A stretch of DNA of 63,885 bases, the filler included, from Octopus bimaculoides (taxonomy: Eukaryota), in NCBI RefSeq assembly GCF_001194135.2. It is 7 parts of 6 records of this genome, joined end to end, with 100 filler letters (N's around TTAATTAATTAA, not from the genome) between each part and the next. Parts side by side here need not be neighbours in the genome. Positions count along the whole stretch, not along the records: positions 56,947 to 62,346 come from NC_068989.1; positions 62,447 to 63,885 come from NW_026356409.1; 5 more parts are not named here. One strand, 5' to 3'. How positions within the stretch are numbered: the first letter of the stretch is position 1; each line of letters starts with the position of its first letter. Position numbers and translations under genes: made by a program. Below are positions 57,990 to 63,885 of the stretch, in pieces. The notes under the pieces were generated by a model that saw nothing but the letters and a program-made list of their open reading frames with translations, did no database searches and was not told the origin of the DNA.

Positions 57990-58205
57990 GGGGTAGTCTT
58001 TGTGTATGTATGTGTCCTCCACCACTGCTTGACAACCAGTGTTGTGTGTTTTCGTCCCCGTAACTTACTGGTCGGCAAAAGAGACCGAAAGAATAAGTAC
58101 TAGGCTTTACCAAAAATAGTAAGTACTAGGGTCGATTGTCTTTAAGGCGTTGCCCCAGCATAGCCGCAGTCTAATAACTGAAACAACTAAAAGATAAAAG
58201 ATAAA
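57549..58205 (+). mobile_element. SINE family B interrupted in its microsatellite by a hammerhead-bearing insert
   Basis: Head at 57549-57710; the 3' body resumes at ~58010; a foreign segment occupies ~57728-57990. Confidence 0.8.
57806..57841 (+). ncRNA. Minimal hammerhead-like motif with variant core
   Basis: CTTT-CTGTTGA-A-GAGC-GTAG-ACTC-GAAAC-GTA-AAAG: 4-bp stem I, stem II with one mismatch, palindromic ACGT stem III, GTA triplet. The core reads CTGTTGA instead of CTGANGA. Confidence 0.5.
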
Positions 58206-59272
58206 TGATAATAAATCTGGGACTATATTACCCAATGTTTTCTTCCCTTTTTAAAAAACAGTGGCATGTGATATGAAAGACATTTGGTTAATATGTTTAA
58301 CAGTTCCAGTAACCAAGATTCCCTCTACTGGCTCATGTATTCAAGAGTTTTATCTATCAGGTTTTAAAACAAACTATGAAAGGTCTGTCAGTCCGATTAT
58401 AATATAACTTAGAACGTGAAAACTTCCTCTCACATTTCTTCATAAAGAAGAACAAACATTCCAATTCTCTGGGGACGACAAGATAAATATAAGTTGCATT
58501 GGGAGCTATCTTTAAGTAGTGATGTTCTTTAAGTTCCATGGTACATTTACTTTAGAAATGGTTCTGTTGTAAAACAGTATTTAAGGTTAGGGAATTGGAT
58601 GGCCGCCATGAATGATTGTACTATCTTCGTCTATTCTCACCCCTCCCTCTATTTCTTGCATTATTCATCACTTTGTAATTGTTAGGGAGAATTTTTTAAG
58701 GTGGTGAAACTGTAGGGTCGTCAAAACACTGGATGAAATTGCCTTGCAGAATTTGTTTCTGCGTCCGGAATTCAAATTCCACCAAGGTCAACTTTGTCTT
58801 CCGTTCTTTCGGGGGCGATAGAAAATCAGCAATTCAGTTGAACAGTGAATTGGCAGAACTGTAAGAACATTAGATGAGGTGCCTTCCGATATTTGCTCCA
58901 TTATGTATGGTGGCGCTATCCTTGTCTATTTCCTTTCTGTCTTGCATTAGGTTACGGGGTTAAGAATTATCTGGTTTACGCAATTCTCTTAGGGAATTCT
59001 TTTTTTCTGGAAAGTTTATTAAATCTAAAACTCTGTAGAGCGACAGATGTAAAACAAACTTATCTATCACTGCTGTTTTGGCCATTACTTTCCAGGATAA
59101 ACATATTTGTCTGTGTGTGCGAGTGTTATTGTTGCTATTACTGTCGTTCAAATATTTGTTAAAGTGTTCAAAATAATTTCTTTTCCTATTAAATGTTCAT
59201 TTAAAATGTTTAATATTTTTCATGGTTTCCTTTTTATTGAAAGTGCTCACCTTATGGTGTTATTAGGTTCTG

Positions 59273-59331
<59 letters not shown>

Positions 59332-59884
59332 CGTGCTGCTTTAATCATTGGGCTGCAGCCATTCTGGGGTACTACTTTCGAGGGTATGATTGATCATATC
59401 GATCTCGGTATTTATTTCAGTGCTCCGATCATCCGCTCCGTCAACAAAATTCTATTCACAAGTTATTGGACATCCTGAAGCTAAAGAATACGCTTGTTCA
59501 AGATGCCGGAAATTGAAAATGAACCCCGAACCACGAGATTGTGAAGTGAATTTCGTAGCCACGTAGGCATGCCTCTGCTTGTATTTGTGAGTGACTTCTT
59601 GCTAATTGTGAAGGCACAGAGTCCAGTGATTAGAGCTCACGACCATAAGGTCATGATTTCGATTTCCAGACTTGGCGTCGCATTGAAACCTTGAGCAAGG
59701 CGCATTAGTTCATGCTGCTTCAGCTTACTCATTTGTAATAAGTAACAACCGAGTTCTTTCCCTCAAGCTTTCATATACTGAATGTTACACTAGGTCAAGG
59801 ATGGAAGGGCTGAGAAGGAATCTACGTCTGCTCATGTTACGTAGGTATCTAAAACAATTAGCGAACGCGTGGTACAAATCAATC

Positions 59885-60590
59885 TTTCATGAGAGTGTAG
59901 CAATAAAAACGAAAGTCATCGTAGCGGGTAAAGCGAAAGTAAATGTTAACATCAAAATGGGCAGTGGGCGGCTCGAACAGGTTGAATTGTACAAGTACCT
60001 CGGAGCCCAAGTTTCTTATGAAGCTACTTGTAAGAAAGAAATTAGGACATGGCTAACCATGGCAAGAACGTCCGTGGAAAAGCTTGATAACATCTGGAAC
60101 AGCAAAAGTGTCCCAACTAAGTTAAAAACAAGGCAAATGCGAGCGCTCATTTGGTCAACAGACAGATATTCATAGTTGCGAAAAAATGAACTCTGAGCAT
60201 ATTTTGAGTGAACATACTCAACGCATTTGAAATGTGGGTGTATAGAAAAATTTTACGAGTCTCATGACTCGTAACAAGAATCATCGGACAAATGAATCAT
60301 CGTTACAAAATGAAAGACAACTCTTGAACTTTGTGAAAAAAACAACAAAATCTCGTCTATTATGACCATATTCGAAGATGCAGAGATTTGGAAAAAATTA
60401 TCAAGGAAGAAAGAGTTGAGGGCAATAAATCAAGAGGCAGGCAAAGAACGCAATGGATGGAAAATATCAAAACCTGGTTGGACAAGGATGGCAAGGCAGC
60501 TGGAGAACTCGCGTTTAATCGAGAAGACTCTCGTTGCAGAGTGTCATCAATGCGCTGTAGACGTACGAAACATGACGACGACGTCGACTT
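59885..60590 (+). mobile_element. RTE/BovB-like LINE 3' fragment
   Basis: KTKVIV...LEQVELYKYLG...KKEIRTWLTMAR...NAFEMWVYRKILRVS...EKIIKEERVEGNKSRGRQRTQWMENIK; ends in a (GAC)n tail. Confidence 0.88.
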
Positions 60591-61397
60591 GATCTTTGGA
60601 GAGAGCTACTACGTAGTTGTAGTGTTTTTAGGATTTGAAGAAGCAGGCTTTTGTTTATTGTTATGAATGAAAATTTTCCAAGAAAGATCCTCAATGATCA
60701 GTAGTGACACTGAGGTTCTAACTGTACGGTCAAAACTTAAAGAAGGATGAGTGGAAGATTGATTGTGTACAGCGGCTGTATTTTTTGAGCAGTTGGAAGA
60801 AACAAGACTGTCATGCATGATAATATTTCCTTACTCTCACATCTCGAACTTTATCATCTTAAATCTCCCCGTTAACCAATAAGATGCAACGGTAAATCAT
60901 TCTATCGTCTCGTATCTACCTTTAAATAATAATATGAAGAAAAAGGAGAAGTCTTCAGCAATGTTACAACCGATAAGGACCTTGAATAAATTTTGATGGT
61001 ATTCTGAGCATTACATTACCCGATAGTGGCGAGACGGGAAAAGGGAGAGAAAATATATACGTAAAAAAGAAAAGATTGGAGGGTGGGGGGCATTTTTTCT
61101 TTCCTTTTTTTTTTTTTTTTTGTAACTTATTTAATTCATTTATATTTTCTCAGCTTTCTTGATAAATTAATTTCTAATGTGAAAAAAAGAAAACATACTT
61201 TAAATATGTTAATAGCAGCAATAACAGGTTTGAAATTTGTTTGGAATGTCTGGCTGACGTCGGCATTTTCATTCCATGATATTTACTTNNNNNNNNNNTC
61301 TCTCTCCCTCTCTCTGTAGTTTTCTGTGTGTGTATCATATACTCGTTGTGTAATGTTTCTCACATTCATCCACACTTGCATATGTGCGTTTATGTGG

Positions 61398-61453
<56 letters not shown>

Positions 61454-62604
61454 CCGAGAGTGTGTATGTAAGTATGTTTGTAAATATGTGTAATACGTGC
61501 ATGTAGGTATATGTGCATGTATGTATATGTGTGTATGCATGTGGGGTAGACCGCATATAGAATTTATTCAAATCATAGTCTGCGTATGTCGCCACTCGGA
61601 GCTTTTCGTTCTCGCTGTTTTCGGTTGGCTCAGAAATGGGAGCCAAAAAAACTCAGCGAAACTTCTCGCATTGACTCAGCTGTTAAATAAATGCTATTCC
61701 ATTCTACCTAACAATATTGACTACCTTTGTTTGTCTTTGTTGTGTTTTGCAATTCACACCACTATGAGGCAATAATTACACATTTTCGCACATACGCATG
61801 TGTAAGAATGTCTCTATGTATGCGTATAAAGACTTACAAATACAGTGTGGATTTGTATGAAACAATTTGCAATTTATTTCACTCGCTTTTCACAATAAAT
61901 TGTCTGTATATAATATAATTGATATTTCGACCTAGAAGACCCTATTCGCTGCTGAAATTTGTTGGATTCCAAATAATTTTTAAACTTTACTGTGTCGTTT
62001 AAAGTTGTCACATCGCCATCATAGTTTCTGTCTTCGTTTGGAATTCTAAAACAGGAGCGTGAGAACGAAGAAAGAGACAGAAAAAGGTATACTAAGAGAG
62101 AGGGGGAAGAAGAAGAAGAAGAAGAAGAAGAAGAAGAAGAAGAAGAAGAAGAAGAAGAAGAAGAAGAAGAAGAAGGGAAGTAAGGTTAAAGGAAGCGGAG
62201 GTGCAGCAGCAGCAGCAGGAGAAAGGTTGGCGGAGGAGCAGGAGGAGGAGGAAGACTGGAAGAGGAGGGAGGTTGGAGGAGGAGGAAAGTTGGAGGAGAA
62301 GGAAAGTTGTAGGAGGAGGAGGAGGAGGAAGATTAGAAGAGGAAGGNNNNNNNNNNNNNNNNNNNNNNNNNNNNNNNNNNNNNNNNNNNNTTAATTAATT
62401 AANNNNNNNNNNNNNNNNNNNNNNNNNNNNNNNNNNNNNNNNNNNNTTATTATTATTATTATTATTATTGAGTGAGAGAGCAGTGCATGCCATCACTGGG
62501 GTCTAAATATATGAAGCCCAATATACCCATCATGACTACCCGTCTGATAAGGGTATACCAGGAACACGCATAACAATCATATGTGCGCGACATGGTGATC
62601 TCAT

Positions 62605-62790
62605 ATCAAGATAAACAGTCTTATGTTCTGAGTTCAAATTCCACCGAGGTCAACTTTGCCTTTCATCCCTTCGCGTTCAATGAAATAAGTACCATTTGAG
62701 TACTGGATTCCATAGAATCGACCAGACCCTTCCTCTAAAATTTCAAGCCTTGTACCCATTAATAGAAAAAAAAATATTATTATTATTTTT
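62605..62790 (+). mobile_element. SINE family A (head truncated)
   Basis: GTTCTGAGTTCAAATTCCACCGAGGTCAACTTTGCCTTTCATCC... through an ATTATT tail. Confidence 0.8.
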
Positions 62791-63146
62791 AATCCTTTAT
62801 TTCTTTCCGACATTGGACTGCAGTCATGCTGGATTACCTCCTTGAATAATTTAGTCGCACGTAGTACTTATTCTATCGGTCTCTTTTACCAAACCACGAT
62901 GGCGTAAATGAACCATCGTCGGTTGTCAATCGGTGAGGTGTGGACACACACGCACACACACATACACACCGAGTTTCCTCACAATTTCTGTCTGTAAATT
63001 CATTCACAATGTACTGGTCGGCCCGGAGCTAAAGTGGAAGACAGAGTGCCGTCGGTGGGACTGAACCTGAAACCACGTAGCTGCAAAGCGAGCTTCTTAA
63101 CCGCACAGTCATGCCTACGCATATCCACACAGCCATGCCTACGCCT
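62790..63146 (-). mobile_element. SINE family B, diverged, with a duplicated 5' head stub
   Basis: Reverse complement of family B; CACAG(T/C)CATGCCTACGC occurs twice (~63104-63120 and ~63128-63144). Confidence 0.7.
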
Positions 63147-63841
63147 ATTTATTTTTAATATATCTTATCTTGTTTACTATATTCATTCACTTGCCGTTTG
63201 CATTGCTTGCGTGTTGATGTCATGTCATGTGTTGCTTCGATGCTTTCATCATAGATTGTTGCTATTTCCTTTAAATATCTCGATTTGGTTGTTGACCTTG
63301 TTCGGGAATACGTTGTTACATTACATTTATTGATTTTTTAGTCCACCTACAGCTTGTGTTGCAATTGCAATTTACACGTTCTGATTTTAAATTTCGCTTT
63401 GAATCCTGTTTACTGCATCATATTCAAATGCGTCAATGTCTTTGTTCTCTGGTAGATATTTTAAAGGATTAAAACATAGTGCCACGTGCTTCATCATTGC
63501 TGTTGCTAGCTTCATCGTAACTGAAATAGCTCCGCCTTCGCATTCGTTTTTGAAATAATGGTGTGTTATAAATCTATGAATAAAACTGTGACTCTTATTC
63601 TGTTTTAAATATAGTAAGTTATCATTTGAACATGACATTAAAACTGTGTTCAGATGTATCTTATTCTAACGTCCAACACGGCACCTTAGTACGTCACGTT
63701 TAGTCGCCTTCAATGTAATGCACATCGCTAAAAATGACTGCCACTCCCGTTTTCCGTGATCTGAAAGGTTAACTGAGAAAAGGTTTCACTATTATAATAC
63801 ACATGCCACAATATGTCGTATAAATATTTGTGCATTCTGCT

Positions 63842-63885
<44 letters not shown>

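Noticed and set aside
61920-61960. Minus-strand GGTC-GAAAT-ATC resembling a hammerhead 3' half
   Set aside because: No upstream CUGANGA and no convincing stem II partner.

Overview
AT-rich, microsatellite-dense eukaryotic nuclear DNA with many assembly gaps. It is almost certainly from an octopus or other coleoid cephalopod, inferred from the tRNA-derived SINE repertoire and TTAGGG repeats. No host protein-coding gene can be named. Everything I can identify is a transposable-element relic: R4/Dong-, CRE-, CR1- and RTE-type non-LTR fragments, a Penelope GIY-YIG fragment, a full-length dead DD34D mariner, a maT-like mariner, a pogo/Tigger fragment, a Charlie-type hAT nested in a Helitron, at least five SINE families and several fold-back MITEs. 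A few unidentified exon-like segments are listed as candidates only. Six 100-nt gaps contain a synthetic TTAATTAATTAA linker, so the window is stitched from several contigs. The most interesting signals are these. (i) Four hammerhead-ribozyme-like motifs share a minimal, palindromic-stem-III architecture; the one at 10137-10170 has a fully intact catalytic core inside a ~113-nt hairpin, and another lies downstream of the Penelope ORF remnant. (ii) A palindromic 572-bp MITE with a perfect 8-bp TSD is centred on inverted telomeric repeats. (iii) A composite hAT sits inside a Helitron, with its TSD confirmed by protein continuity across it. (iv) Dong-like elements sit in (TAA)n tracts. (v) An RTE-tailed SINE has a 31-bp flanking duplication. 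All alignments and folds were done by eye; no databases were searched.
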